The position numbers were made by a program, and so were the translations under genes. From NCBI GenBank assembly GCA_013138975.1, contig WTBR01000035.1, positions 43,733 through 107,732 of the forward strand: a stretch of 64,000 nt of DNA. Direction: 5' to 3'. The notes below the pieces were generated by a model. The model saw only the letters and a list, made by a program, of their open reading frames with translations, was not told where the DNA came from and did not search any database. This stretch comes from Bacteroidales bacterium. Lineage in GTDB: Bacteria > Bacteroidota > Bacteroidia > Bacteroidales > UBA12077. Numbering within the stretch: the stretch's first letter is position 1; each line of letters begins with the position of its first letter. Below are positions 1 to 9,669 of this stretch, piece by piece.

Positions 1-132
1 GCCAAAAAATATAAATAATATTAGAAAGCATGTTTTCCAGATACTTTTTCAATATATCTACTTATAAAATGGGAGGAGTAAGTGAATTATAAAGATTATT
101 TAGCTACTACAGGTTTTGATTTTCAATTGAAA

Positions 133-153
133 AGCGGAATTGCAAATTCCGCT
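133..153. repeat. Short GC-rich palindrome (REP-like)
   Basis: agcggaat-tgcaa-attccgct: 8-bp perfect stem in AT-rich intergenic DNA. Confidence 0.45.
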
Positions 154-394
154 CAGCTGGGGGATTTGTTTGATAATTTCATAAAAAAAATACATTCACA
201 TAACCAAATAAACAAAGACATTCATTAAAAATATGTCATCAATTGTTGTTATATTTACATATAAGATGTATAACGTCAATGAATATATATACTAGTATGC
301 CCAATTTTGCGAACTCGATTTACATAAAAATTATTTGAAAAAAAAGAATCAATTCTATATTTTTATATTATAACTTTTAATAAATATAACCATA

Positions 395-1060
395 ATGAAG
401 AACATAGAACTATTAGTATACTTTGGAATAACAACTTTAACTCAATTAGCGTTAATCATTATCATAACTTTTTTAGGTAGAAAATTTACGGAACTTATTT
501 TTGCTAAATCATTAGAATCAAGAAAATTAAATCTATCAAAACAACTTGAAATTCATAAAAAGGAACTAGAATTAAATTTTGAAGAAACTAAAATGCGTTT
601 ATTATATGAACAAACTAAAATGACTGTAAAATTTTCTAAGCTTCATGAAGAAAGAGCGCATGTAATAAAAAAATACTATGCAGATTTAAGTACTTTAGAA
701 GATGTTTTAACACAATTTATTAAGCTATTCGAAGGAGACAAAGCAAAACTTGATAAAGATTTAATCTTGGCTCTATTAAAAGAGTGGAAAAAAATTCAAG
801 AAAGACTTAATAAATTATTCAGAACTAACAAAATTCTTCTTTCAAAAAATACATGTTTATATATCAATAATGTATCGTTAGTATTACTAACTCTAGATAA
901 AAAATTACAACAATTTTTAGAGTCAGTTGATATAAGAATTGTAGAACAAATAAATCAAGAATTAAGTATCAAAAAACAATTGCTTATAGACATTAACACC
1001 TTAAAACTTAATCTAGAGGATGAGTTTAGATTAATATTGGGAGTAGAAAATTCAGAATAA
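395..1060 (+). CDS. Hypothetical protein, N-terminal TM helix plus coiled coil
   Basis: 221-aa ORF, hydrophobic N-terminus (LLVYFGITTLTQLALIIIITFLG), K/E/L-rich helical body. Confidence 0.7.
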   Translation: MKNIELLVYFGITTLTQLALIIIITFLGRKFTELIFAKSLESRKLNLSKQLEIHKKELELNFEETKMRLLYEQTKMTVKFSKLHEERAHVIKKYYADLSTLEDVLTQFIKLFEGDKAKLDKDLILALLKEWKKIQERLNKLFRTNKILLSKNTCLYINNVSLVLLTLDKKLQQFLESVDIRIVEQINQELSIKKQLLIDINTLKLNLEDEFRLILGVENSE

Positions 1061-1075
1061 TAAAGACGTTATCAA

Positions 1076-2338
1076 TTAATTCGTTTTTTTCTCAAAAATA
1101 TACAGATTACCATTTTTGTTAACAATATCCTTTACAATTAATCTAAAATAAGGATTTAAAAATTTATAACACTCATATGAATCTTTTTTTATTAAACAAT
1201 CTTGTAGAAGTTCCTTTATATTATCTTTAAATCTATAAGTATTCTTAACTTTTAAATCTTTTTCCTTAATCCAGCCATTGTATTCTGCTAAGAAAAAAAG
1301 AATCTTTTCTTTTCCAACATAATTGACTTTTTTTCGCCATAATTCCAAATCAACATTTAGCATGGTTTCATCATCTAGCACCTTTTTAAAAGATTTTTCA
1401 AAGTAAATATCGTCAATAAAAACTTTCTCATTTTCAAGGTCTTCCAGTTGAATAATATCCATGACCGTATCACAAAATTTTTGAACTAAAGGAGGATAAC
1501 CATCAGAATATGTGTATACGTTTTTAGAAAAGTCATCCTTAAATGAGATTTTTGTATTTCCAATTTTTACTTGTGCTTTTGATATATAATCTTCTATATC
1601 TTTTTCAGTAAGTCTATCTAAAATAATAGGTCTAATTTTTCTTTTTGTTGATTTATGGTCTTCAATGATGTCATGGATTCCATCACCGATACCAATAATA
1701 ACAAATTTAACACCATGTGCAGTTTTTAATAAATCTGAAATACCTCCTTTATCTTTTATGGCATCAAACTCATCAATAAAAATGATTAACTCGTTTTCAA
1801 GCTGTTCGTTGATTTTTTTAATAAGGTTTATAAAACGGTCTTTTAATTTGTCAGGAAGCGAAAAGTCCTGATTATTTTCTTTTATATCAATGTTCTCAGG
1901 TTCACTAATGCCGATATTTTCCTGAAGGAGTTTTGTATACTCTTGCGCTTGATTAAGTTCTTTGTATAGTGAATAGATATTTTTTTGTTCTTCATCTGTT
2001 TTGTTTGAATCCTCTTTAACTAATAATTTTTTAATAATTCCATCTATGTTATTAGTATCTGAATTACATTCAACATAAACACAATTGTATTTATTTAAGT
2101 TAGTTTTAGAAAATTTATAACTTTGCATTTCGAATATCTCGGTATTCCCTGATAAGACCGATAGAGTTTGCCAAGCTAATGAAGACTTACCAATACCTCT
2201 TTCACCAATAATGACTAATACTGCACCTGGTTTTTGGGCGTAAATTAAAGATTCCTTTAAGACCTTTGCGCGACCAACAAATAACTCTTTATTAGTGCCT
2301 CTAATGGCAGTCGATGGAAATAATTCATTTAAATTCAT
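1076..2338 (-). CDS. P-loop NTPase, STAND/AAA_16-like, probable C-terminal winged helix
   Basis: FVGR motif, Walker A GERGIGKS, Walker B IIFIDEFD, SDGYP (GxP) motif. Confidence 0.8.
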   Translation of the reverse strand: MNLNELFPSTAIRGTNKELFVGRAKVLKESLIYAQKPGAVLVIIGERGIGKSSLAWQTLSVLSGNTEIFEMQSYKFSKTNLNKYNCVYVECNSDTNNIDGIIKKLLVKEDSNKTDEEQKNIYSLYKELNQAQEYTKLLQENIGISEPENIDIKENNQDFSLPDKLKDRFINLIKKINEQLENELIIFIDEFDAIKDKGGISDLLKTAHGVKFVIIGIGDGIHDIIEDHKSTKRKIRPIILDRLTEKDIEDYISKAQVKIGNTKISFKDDFSKNVYTYSDGYPPLVQKFCDTVMDIIQLEDLENEKVFIDDIYFEKSFKKVLDDETMLNVDLELWRKKVNYVGKEKILFFLAEYNGWIKEKDLKVKNTYRFKDNIKELLQDCLIKKDSYECYKFLNPYFRLIVKDIVNKNGNLYIFEKKTN

Positions 2339-2344
2339 ACAAAG

Positions 2345-2806
2345 CTATATTTTTAGCGTTTTATTTATACCTACTAAAATAAGCATTTCGCTGTATGTAA
2401 AAACATTTGTGTTTCCGTTTTTTGAAACTGGTCTATTAAACTTATCTCTATATCTACTTCCATTAACCTTTCGTCTAAATTGACGCCATGGTGTAAGTCT
2501 TTCTAGTTGCTGTGGAGTAGTAATTTTAGGTAAAAAGTTAAAGACCTCAAGTGAGTTTAAAACAATTTTATATTGAAGTAAATCTTCCAAATCAACAGCA
2601 TATTCTCTTGCTATATCTTCAGGACCAAAATGCTGTGAAGGATTGGAAGGATCTATTGTTGATTCTTTATTACTATCTAAAATATGGCATGATGCTTTTA
2701 GGCATTCCTCATATTTACCTTTCTCGGAATTTAGTGAAGTTATCATTTTTTTTGATTCACTTAGAAAGTCAGTTGGATCTGTTGGCATCTTGTTATTATC
2801 CATCAT
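2345..2806 (-). CDS. Hypothetical protein, apparently co-transcribed with the NTPase
   Basis: 153-aa ORF ending 6 bp upstream of the NTPase start. Confidence 0.6.
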   Translation of the reverse strand: MMDNNKMPTDPTDFLSESKKMITSLNSEKGKYEECLKASCHILDSNKESTIDPSNPSQHFGPEDIAREYAVDLEDLLQYKIVLNSLEVFNFLPKITTPQQLERLTPWRQFRRKVNGSRYRDKFNRPVSKNGNTNVFTYSEMLILVGINKTLKI

Positions 2807-2841
2807 GTTGAGATTTGAAATTGTCGTTAAACAAATTTAGC

Positions 2842-2889
2842 ATTTATTTTAAAGTTTTTTTATTTATTTTAAAGTTTTTTTATTTATTT
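2842..2889. repeat. 20-bp tandem duplication (2.4 copies)
   Basis: atttattttaaagttttttt x2 followed by atttattt. Confidence 0.8.
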
Positions 2890-2941
2890 CTATATTTTCC
2901 CGTTTTTTATAATTAATTTCTATTCTTTAAAAAAACAAGGC

Positions 2942-2995
2942 ATAATCGAGTAGCAAGCCAGTAGGCTAGTGCCTACTGGCTTGCTACTCGATTAT
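2942..2995. repeat. Perfect 25-bp inverted repeat with 4-nt loop
   Basis: ataatcgagtagcaagccagtaggc-tagt-gcctactggcttgctactcgattat. Confidence 0.95.
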
Positions 2996-3270
2996 AAATT
3001 GGCCGCCAACACCAACCTTGTCAGTTTAGTACTAACTATCAACGAAGTATAAAATTGTTTTAGTTTTTAGAAATAGCAAATTGCCGAAAGGCAAAAATGA
3101 TTAATAATACAAGCTCAAAATAAAAGCCATTAATATTGTTCGTAGCGTTTCCCTTTGGTTTAATAGTATATTTTTTCCAAAAAATGACAAGTTCTTGTCA
3201 TTGGTATTCTGGATTTTATTGTTTAAATTGCATATAATTACCTGTGTTAGAGTTGTAACCAAAAAAAATT

Positions 3271-5004
3271 ATGAGAAAAAAAATTATATTCCTGACTGTT
3301 ACATTTTTACTTCTTATTCTTTCTGTAAAAAAACAATACGGACAAACAGGGAGTGAATATTCCAGGAATATTGAAATATCGCTATGCAACTCAAATGCAT
3401 TTATTAATGTTAATGTTGAAATATCATATAAATTTTCAGGTTATGTTTCAAATCCTGATGATAAATCTGCATTAACAGGAGGGTTTTGGGATGATGGCTT
3501 GTTAAAAATGACTTTTAAAACATCATCTGTTTCAAATTATATAAATCTGGATGGAAAGCAAATAGCAACAAGTAGCATCAATGGGTTTAATGAAAATGTA
3601 ATTAAAATAATGGATTTGTATGCTGATGTCTACTCCGGAGCAAATAAAATAAATAACATAAAAATTGGAATTGATTATTCCCAAGCTGCCAAGCTTAATG
3701 GAATTCCAAAATCTGTTATAAACTCAATTAACTGGACGCAAATATTTAATACAGATAACAAAGAAGAAATTATTCGTATTTTCAATCAGGGATTTACTCT
3801 TAAAAATTTTACTTTCACTCATGGTTTTTCAGAGCCAACAAAGTTTATAGCAACACCAAAAAGCTCATGCTCTCAACTAAATAAAATAGGTATAAATGAC
3901 AAATATAATTCGACTGTAGCCGAAGCTGACAATTTATTACGTTCAGGACAACATGAAGAAGCAGAAAAAAAATATAAAGAAGCATCCAAATTAAAACCTA
4001 ATGAACAATACCCAAAAGAAAAAATAAATAAAATTCAAAAAATACAAAGTCAACAAAATCTAGCAGAAAATACTTCATCAGAACCTGAAATTATTGATGA
4101 GCCAGATAATGATTCAGATGAAACAAGCTACTCCAGTTCAACATCTAATAGTTCAAGCGAAAGTTCTCAATATTCGAACAATTCTAATAATAACCAGCAA
4201 GCTCAAAAACAACAAAGAATACAAGCCACTATAAACCAAATAAATCGATCAAACGCTCAAACCGAAAGTAATGTACAAAGTATTTACCAAACAGCCGATA
4301 AATTAAGTGTACTGGTTGGAAATGCTTTTGCTCAACAAAATGCTCAAGCCGAATATGAAAGAGAAAGAGAAGCAGAACTTAAGCGAGATCGTATGGAAGA
4401 AGAAAGAATAGAACGAGAAATAGAAATGGCATGGAATAGTATGTCTGAATTTGAAAATGATTTTAATTCCTATTTTAGAAAAAACATGTCAAATGTAATG
4501 AGCAAGAAATGTTTATATTTCTATTATGGAAATATAAATAAATACCGTGAAGATAAATCTGGAAATCTAAAGCTTTCTAACATCTTCCCTGTATATTGTA
4601 ATGCCGATGGAACTTGGCCTTATATCTCGGATATTACCAATAAAATAAAAGCAAAAAATGGGAATGTTATTATTAGAGGTTATTTTCTAACGGAAACTGA
4701 TGCCATTCGAGATAAAAATAGCATGACTTCAAAAGCCCACAACTCATATATTAACAACATTAACTCCAAAGCTTACTATTTCTCATTTAATGAACCAACT
4801 GAGAGCACCAATCAAAATACTGATTTTTGGGGAAATGAGAAGACTGAAAATACAAATAATTCCCAAAAAGATTTCTGGGGCAATGAACCTAGTACAAATA
4901 AAAGTACCAATACACAAACCGATTTCTGGGGTAATAAAGTTGATACTCTAAAGACAAAACAAGATAGTTTAAAAACTAAACCAAAGAATGACTTTTGGAA
5001 ATAA
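3271..5004 (+). CDS. Secreted protein with a TPR, S/N/Q-rich linker, coiled coil and C-terminal DFWG repeats
   Basis: Signal peptide ending YG|Q; TPR-like AEADNLLRSGQHEEAEKKYKEASKLKP; DFWGN x3 plus terminal DFWK. Confidence 0.8.
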   Translation: MRKKIIFLTVTFLLLILSVKKQYGQTGSEYSRNIEISLCNSNAFINVNVEISYKFSGYVSNPDDKSALTGGFWDDGLLKMTFKTSSVSNYINLDGKQIATSSINGFNENVIKIMDLYADVYSGANKINNIKIGIDYSQAAKLNGIPKSVINSINWTQIFNTDNKEEIIRIFNQGFTLKNFTFTHGFSEPTKFIATPKSSCSQLNKIGINDKYNSTVAEADNLLRSGQHEEAEKKYKEASKLKPNEQYPKEKINKIQKIQSQQNLAENTSSEPEIIDEPDNDSDETSYSSSTSNSSSESSQYSNNSNNNQQAQKQQRIQATINQINRSNAQTESNVQSIYQTADKLSVLVGNAFAQQNAQAEYEREREAELKRDRMEEERIEREIEMAWNSMSEFENDFNSYFRKNMSNVMSKKCLYFYYGNINKYREDKSGNLKLSNIFPVYCNADGTWPYISDITNKIKAKNGNVIIRGYFLTETDAIRDKNSMTSKAHNSYINNINSKAYYFSFNEPTESTNQNTDFWGNEKTENTNNSQKDFWGNEPSTNKSTNTQTDFWGNKVDTLKTKQDSLKTKPKNDFWK

Positions 5005-5031
5005 TAAATTTAAAAACAAATAGCTTTTATT

Positions 5032-6402
5032 ATGAGAAACCTTTTATTAACCATCTCAGTTGCACTTATATCAGTGACTTTATTTGCCCAAACAAATGAA
5101 AATAAAGCAAAGTCAGAGTTTTTTGCTGCACAAGAAGCTTATGATTACGCAAATTATAAAGAATGTGTTAATCATTTAAACACTACAGAAAACTTATTAG
5201 GAAGTACAAATCCTAGAATACTGCATTTAAAAATTAAAGCCTATTGCAACCTTAAATATTATTCAAAAGCTTATGAAACTCAAAAAATATTTTTTGAAAA
5301 AGCTACTGACTCAAATGATCCAAAATATAACGATATTTTAAAACTTCTTGCAGAGATAAATAAAAATGCCGCTAATGATTTCGTAGAAGTTGGCAAAACT
5401 TATATAGATAAGAAATATTATACTCAAGCAATTAATGAGTTTAACAAAGCACTGGAAATTGATCCAAAGAATATTAGTGCTCATTTTTATTTAGGAACTG
5501 CATTTTTGAATACGAATGAATATGATAAAGCAATATTATCGTATTCAAAGGCACGAACACTTAGCTCTTCCATTGAAGATGAAAATTCTCGCCTTGGTTG
5601 GCTATTTTACATTGCTTACAATAAAGGAATTGCATACGAGAATCTTGGGAAATATGATCTCGCTATTGCATCTTATGGAAATGCTATAAAAACTACGCCA
5701 GAAAAAAGTAGCACCTACATTATGTTAGCTTGTATTTATGCAAAACAAGATAATACAGCACAATCATTGGAATATGTCGAAAAAGCAAAAGAAAGAGGTT
5801 TTAATGATTTTGCAGGTATTGAAAAGAAACCTGTTATGGCTAATATTATAAATACAAATGAATATAAGAATATAAAGAATAGCTTGTTTGATAAAAGGGA
5901 TGGGCAATCGTATCGAATTGTTACAATTGGAAAACAAGTTTGGATGGCAGAAAACTTGAACTATGAAACTGAAAATTCATATTGTTACGATAATAATCCA
6001 TCGAATTGTGAAACTTATGGAAGACTTTACATATGGGATGCTGCAATAAAATCTTGCCCTGACCGATGGCACTTACCAAATAATGATGAATGGCAAATAT
6101 TAATTGATTATCAAGGTGGGAATAAAATTGCTGGTGGAAAGATAAAAACAAAAGGAATTGTTTTGTGGGGAAGCCCTAACAAGGATGCTACAAATGAATA
6201 CGGGTTTTCAGCTCTCCCAGGTGGATCACTTACAAATTTTGGAAAATTCGTACGATTAGGGAAAAATAGTAGTTGGTGGAGTACTTCAGAGAGCAACATT
6301 ATCCTTGCAAATTACCAACGTATTGGTCATCAAAACAACAATATTATTCTCGGCAAGGGTAGTAAAGAAGAAGGATTCTCCGTTAGATGTATGAAAGATT
6401 AA
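5032..6402 (+). CDS. Secreted TPR + FISUMP (Fib_succ_major) domain protein, copy 1
   Basis: Signal peptide LFA|Q; several TPRs; DKRDGQSY, QVWMAENLNY, YGRLYIW, CPDRWHLP, GFSALPGG, GFSVRCMKD. Confidence 0.92.
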   Translation: MRNLLLTISVALISVTLFAQTNENKAKSEFFAAQEAYDYANYKECVNHLNTTENLLGSTNPRILHLKIKAYCNLKYYSKAYETQKIFFEKATDSNDPKYNDILKLLAEINKNAANDFVEVGKTYIDKKYYTQAINEFNKALEIDPKNISAHFYLGTAFLNTNEYDKAILSYSKARTLSSSIEDENSRLGWLFYIAYNKGIAYENLGKYDLAIASYGNAIKTTPEKSSTYIMLACIYAKQDNTAQSLEYVEKAKERGFNDFAGIEKKPVMANIINTNEYKNIKNSLFDKRDGQSYRIVTIGKQVWMAENLNYETENSYCYDNNPSNCETYGRLYIWDAAIKSCPDRWHLPNNDEWQILIDYQGGNKIAGGKIKTKGIVLWGSPNKDATNEYGFSALPGGSLTNFGKFVRLGKNSSWWSTSESNIILANYQRIGHQNNNIILGKGSKEEGFSVRCMKD

Positions 6403-6447
6403 TAAATCAATCAAAAATATAATATAACAGACTCTAAAATTAAAACT

Positions 6448-7851
6448 ATGAGATTTTCTATTGTATCAATTCTACTTTTATTTATTACCATAAATTTGTT
6501 TGCCCAAACAAACGAAATAAAAGCTAAATCGGAGTTTTTTGCTGCACAAGAAGCCTATGATTATGAAAATTACAAAGAATGTGTTAATCATTTAAACACC
6601 ACAGAAAACTTATTAGGAAGTACAAATCCCAGAATACTGCATTTGAAAATAAAGGCCTATTGCAACCTTAAAGAATATTCAAAAGCGTATGAAGCTCAAA
6701 AAATATTTTTTAAAAAAGCTACAGACCCAAATGATCCAAAATATAACGATATTTTAAAACTTCTTGCTGAGATTAATAAAAATGCCGCCAATGATTTCGT
6801 TGAAGTTGGCAAAACTTATATAGATAAGAAATATTATACTCAAGCAACTAAAGAGTTCAACAAAGCACTGGAAATTGATCCAAAGAATATTAGTGCTCAT
6901 TTTTATTTAGGAACTACATTTTTAAATACGAATGAATATGATAAAGCAATATTAGCGTATTCAAAAGCACGAACACTTAGCTCTTCGATTGAAGATAAAA
7001 ATTCTCGCTTTGGTTGGCTGTTTTCCATTGCTTACAATAAAGCAATTGCATACGAAAATCTTGGAAAATATGATCTCGCTATTGCATCTTACGGAAATGC
7101 AATAAAGGTTAAACCAGATAAAAATAATACATATTATCAATTAGCATGCATAAATGCAAAGCAAAATAATAAAGAGAAAGCCCTTGATTTTATAGAAAAA
7201 GCTAAACAAAAAGGATTCAATGATTTTACGAAAGCAGAGAATAACCCTAATCTTGCAAATATTACAAATACTGCTAAATACAATGATATTAAAAATAGTA
7301 TGTATGATTTAAGAGATGGACAGGCTTATAAATTTGTGAGTATTGGTGAGCAAATCTGGTTGGCCGAAAACTTAAATTACAAAACTGATAATTCAGTTTG
7401 TTATGCTGATAATCCTGCTAATTGCGATACTTATGGAAGACTTTATACATGGGATGATGCTATGAATGCTTGTCCTGATGGTTGGCATTTACCTAGCCAT
7501 GGAGAATGGAAAAAATTAGAAATGTTTCTTGGAATGAGTGAGAAACATGCCAATAAATTTAGCTTTACAAAAAGCAGGGGTACTGTTGAAGGAAATATGT
7601 TGAAGTCTAATAGCGGATGGAATGATAATGGTAATGGAGATAACACTAGTGGATTTTCAGCTCTTCCTGCAGGTGGATACATACCTTCAAAATATGAAGG
7701 TATAGGTATTATATGCAATCTATGGAGTGCTCAAGAAACAAATGACATTTATGCAGTATTGCGAGTTATTTCTTATAAAAAGTCGAGTATATATTGTTAC
7801 CATACAGGAATTAAGTCTGCTTATGCAAGTGTTCGATGTATTAAAGATTAA
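6448..7851 (+). CDS. Secreted TPR + FISUMP domain protein, copy 2 (tandem paralog)
   Basis: N-terminal ~220 aa nearly identical to copy 1; DLRDGQAY, WLAENLNY, CPDGWHLP, SVRCIKD. Confidence 0.92.
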   Translation: MRFSIVSILLLFITINLFAQTNEIKAKSEFFAAQEAYDYENYKECVNHLNTTENLLGSTNPRILHLKIKAYCNLKEYSKAYEAQKIFFKKATDPNDPKYNDILKLLAEINKNAANDFVEVGKTYIDKKYYTQATKEFNKALEIDPKNISAHFYLGTTFLNTNEYDKAILAYSKARTLSSSIEDKNSRFGWLFSIAYNKAIAYENLGKYDLAIASYGNAIKVKPDKNNTYYQLACINAKQNNKEKALDFIEKAKQKGFNDFTKAENNPNLANITNTAKYNDIKNSMYDLRDGQAYKFVSIGEQIWLAENLNYKTDNSVCYADNPANCDTYGRLYTWDDAMNACPDGWHLPSHGEWKKLEMFLGMSEKHANKFSFTKSRGTVEGNMLKSNSGWNDNGNGDNTSGFSALPAGGYIPSKYEGIGIICNLWSAQETNDIYAVLRVISYKKSSIYCYHTGIKSAYASVRCIKD

Positions 7852-7865
7852 TGTATACAAACTTT

Positions 7866-8105
7866 ATGAAAACGCTTTTAACCATATTGCTTTCTCTATA
7901 TTCATTATATTGTTTCTTGCAAAACAACTATTTAACTTAAGAGCAAGAACAGAACCTGTATCATTTCTTGAAAAATACAAAAGCAAATTAAAAAACAATC
8001 ATAAATGAAGTGAAATGTCGTTTAATCATGAACAATGATAATGATTTAGCTAGGTGGAATTTCGATAAATATCAAGGATTTTCGGTTCGTTGTGTAAGAG
8101 ATTAA
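7866..8105 (+). pseudogene. Relic third FISUMP gene: signal-peptide start plus FISUMP C-terminus, middle deleted
   Basis: One frame reads MKTLLTILLSLYSLYCFLQ, has stops at 7938 and 7989, then NNDNDLARWNFDKYQGFSVRCVRD*. Confidence 0.75.
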
Positions 8106-8564
8106 TTGCTTCTTGAATCCTAGTATTCATTTTTCTTTATTTTATTTTCAATTGTGCGAAGCACAAAAGCGTGTTAGGAAAAACTAAAACAATTTTTTTT
8201 CATACTTACCAAACCAAACTCGATAAATTCAATATCAAATAGCACAAATAAATTACACTTTCATTGTCAGAAAGTAAATTACCTTTCCAAATTGCAAAAG
8301 CTGTCAGAAAGCTTAAAAAGTATCTTAATTAAATTACTTGTCAAAAAGAGTTGAATTGCTTTATATTCAGAATTTTTAGCAGCTTATTTATAACATAATA
8401 GTATTCTATCAACTGTTTCGATAAAAATATAATTATTAAACAACAATACAAAGCTTGTGATTCTAGTATGCTTCAATCCATCCTATTACCACTAGAAATT
8501 GTTGATAGAATTCTGTTAAGCTGGATTTGCAAAGGTTCTTTTAGGTAAAAAAAAATTTGGAAAG

Positions 8565-8589
8565 ATGCTTCGACAAGCTCAGCATGACA
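8565..8589. repeat. REP-like element (CTTCGACAAGCTCAGCATGACA family)
   Basis: Related copies at 35675-35700, 35717-35742 (inverted) and about 41389-41408. Confidence 0.7.
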
Positions 8590-8656
8590 TATAGTTGTTT
8601 GAAGTGGTGATTCAACTTCCTAGTTATTGGGAAAGTTTGACATTTTTAGGTTAAAT

Positions 8657-8698
8657 AAAAAGCACCTCATCCCGATAATTATCGGGAGAGATGCTTTT
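8657..8698. terminator. Hairpin, probable terminator, containing palindrome TCCCGATAATTATCGGGA
   Basis: aaaagcacctc-a-tcccgataattatcggga-gagatgctttt; related ccgatagctatcgg near 41215. Confidence 0.55.
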
Positions 8699-8890
8699 CT
8701 TATCTAACCAAATTAATAAGCAACTTTCATTACTTAACCATTAACCAAAAACTATTTTTAAATTCTTAATACTATATCATTTATTAAAGTGTGTCCAAAA
8801 AAAAATTGTTTTAAATAATTTGTCACGTTAAACTGTCTAAATATTTCATTTTTTTCGATATTAGACACCTCGATAACTCCTTATATCCAC

Positions 8891-8972
8891 AAGACCTGTT
8901 AGGTTTTAATTGATTAACAGGCAATTATATCGAATCGACATTCACTTATTAATGCGAAACCTGTTAGGTCTT
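8891..8972. repeat. Pair of ACCTGTTAGGT REP-like elements
   Basis: aagacctgttaggtttt (8891) and aaacctgttaggtctt (8957). Confidence 0.55.
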
Positions 8973-9074
8973 TTTGTTTGATAATCAACTTGCTGAGAAA
9001 ATACCTGCGGATATCAGGAACTATCAGAACAGAATGACAGTTACTTAATCTTTTGAAACAATCTCACTCTAATC

Positions 9075-9578
9075 TTATATTTCCTTATATTCTTCCAGAA
9101 TTTCTTTTACTCCTTCGGGCGAAACTCTACCATAAGTTTTATCGCCTACCAAAACTACAGGAGCTAATCCACAAGCTCCTACACAACGTAAGCAACTTAA
9201 AGAGAATTTACCATCATCGGTTGTTTCACCAACCTCAATTTCCAACTGGCGCTTAAATTCCTGTAATACATTATCGGCTCCACGCACATAACAAGCTGTT
9301 CCAGTACAAATCGAAATTGGAAATTTTCCTTTTGGTGTCATTGTAAAGAAAGAGTAGAATGTTACCACTCCATAAACTTTTGCAACCGACATATTTAGTT
9401 CTTTTGCAACAATCTCCTGAACTTCAGCTGGCAAATACCCAAATTTCTCTTGAGTTTTATGCAAAACATTTATTAATTCGCCTGGTTTATTATCAAAGGA
9501 CTTACAAATCTCTTTAATTGTATTCAGGTCTTTTTCTTTTATTTTAACTTTTATACTTGACATTGATTTTTCCTCCAA
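9075..9578 (-). CDS. hydC: [FeFe]-hydrogenase NuoE-like [2Fe-2S] subunit (HydC/HndA)
   Basis: CTGTACYVRG and CLRCVGACGLAP; VVTFYSFF; start may be ATG at 9563. Confidence 0.93.
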   Translation of the reverse strand: MEEKSMSSIKVKIKEKDLNTIKEICKSFDNKPGELINVLHKTQEKFGYLPAEVQEIVAKELNMSVAKVYGVVTFYSFFTMTPKGKFPISICTGTACYVRGADNVLQEFKRQLEIEVGETTDDGKFSLSCLRCVGACGLAPVVLVGDKTYGRVSPEGVKEILEEYKEI

Positions 9579-9669
9579 GTTTTTCAGAAACGCATTGCTC
9601 TTTATTATTTGGCATTTTGTTTCTTAATTATATTGTTTTATCTCAATATTTATGAGTCAAGATACTTGA

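Noticed and set aside
266-375. attC-like element upstream of ORF 395
   Set aside because: Only TATAACG and weak AT-rich complementarity; too degenerate to support
3074-3115. c-di-GMP-I (GEMM) riboswitch suggested by GCAAA-TTGCC-GAAA-GGCAA
   Set aside because: The expected downstream GACGCAAAG and second stem are absent; only a GNRA hairpin is supported
7727-8008. 93-aa ORF overlapping the end of FISUMP copy 2
   Set aside because: Out of frame with copy 2 and the relic; region is better explained by the pseudogene at 7866-8105
5032-8105. Diversity-generating retroelement targeting the FISUMP genes, with 7992-8105 as template
   Set aside because: No reverse transcriptase in the window; the three C-termini differ at all base types, not only adenines
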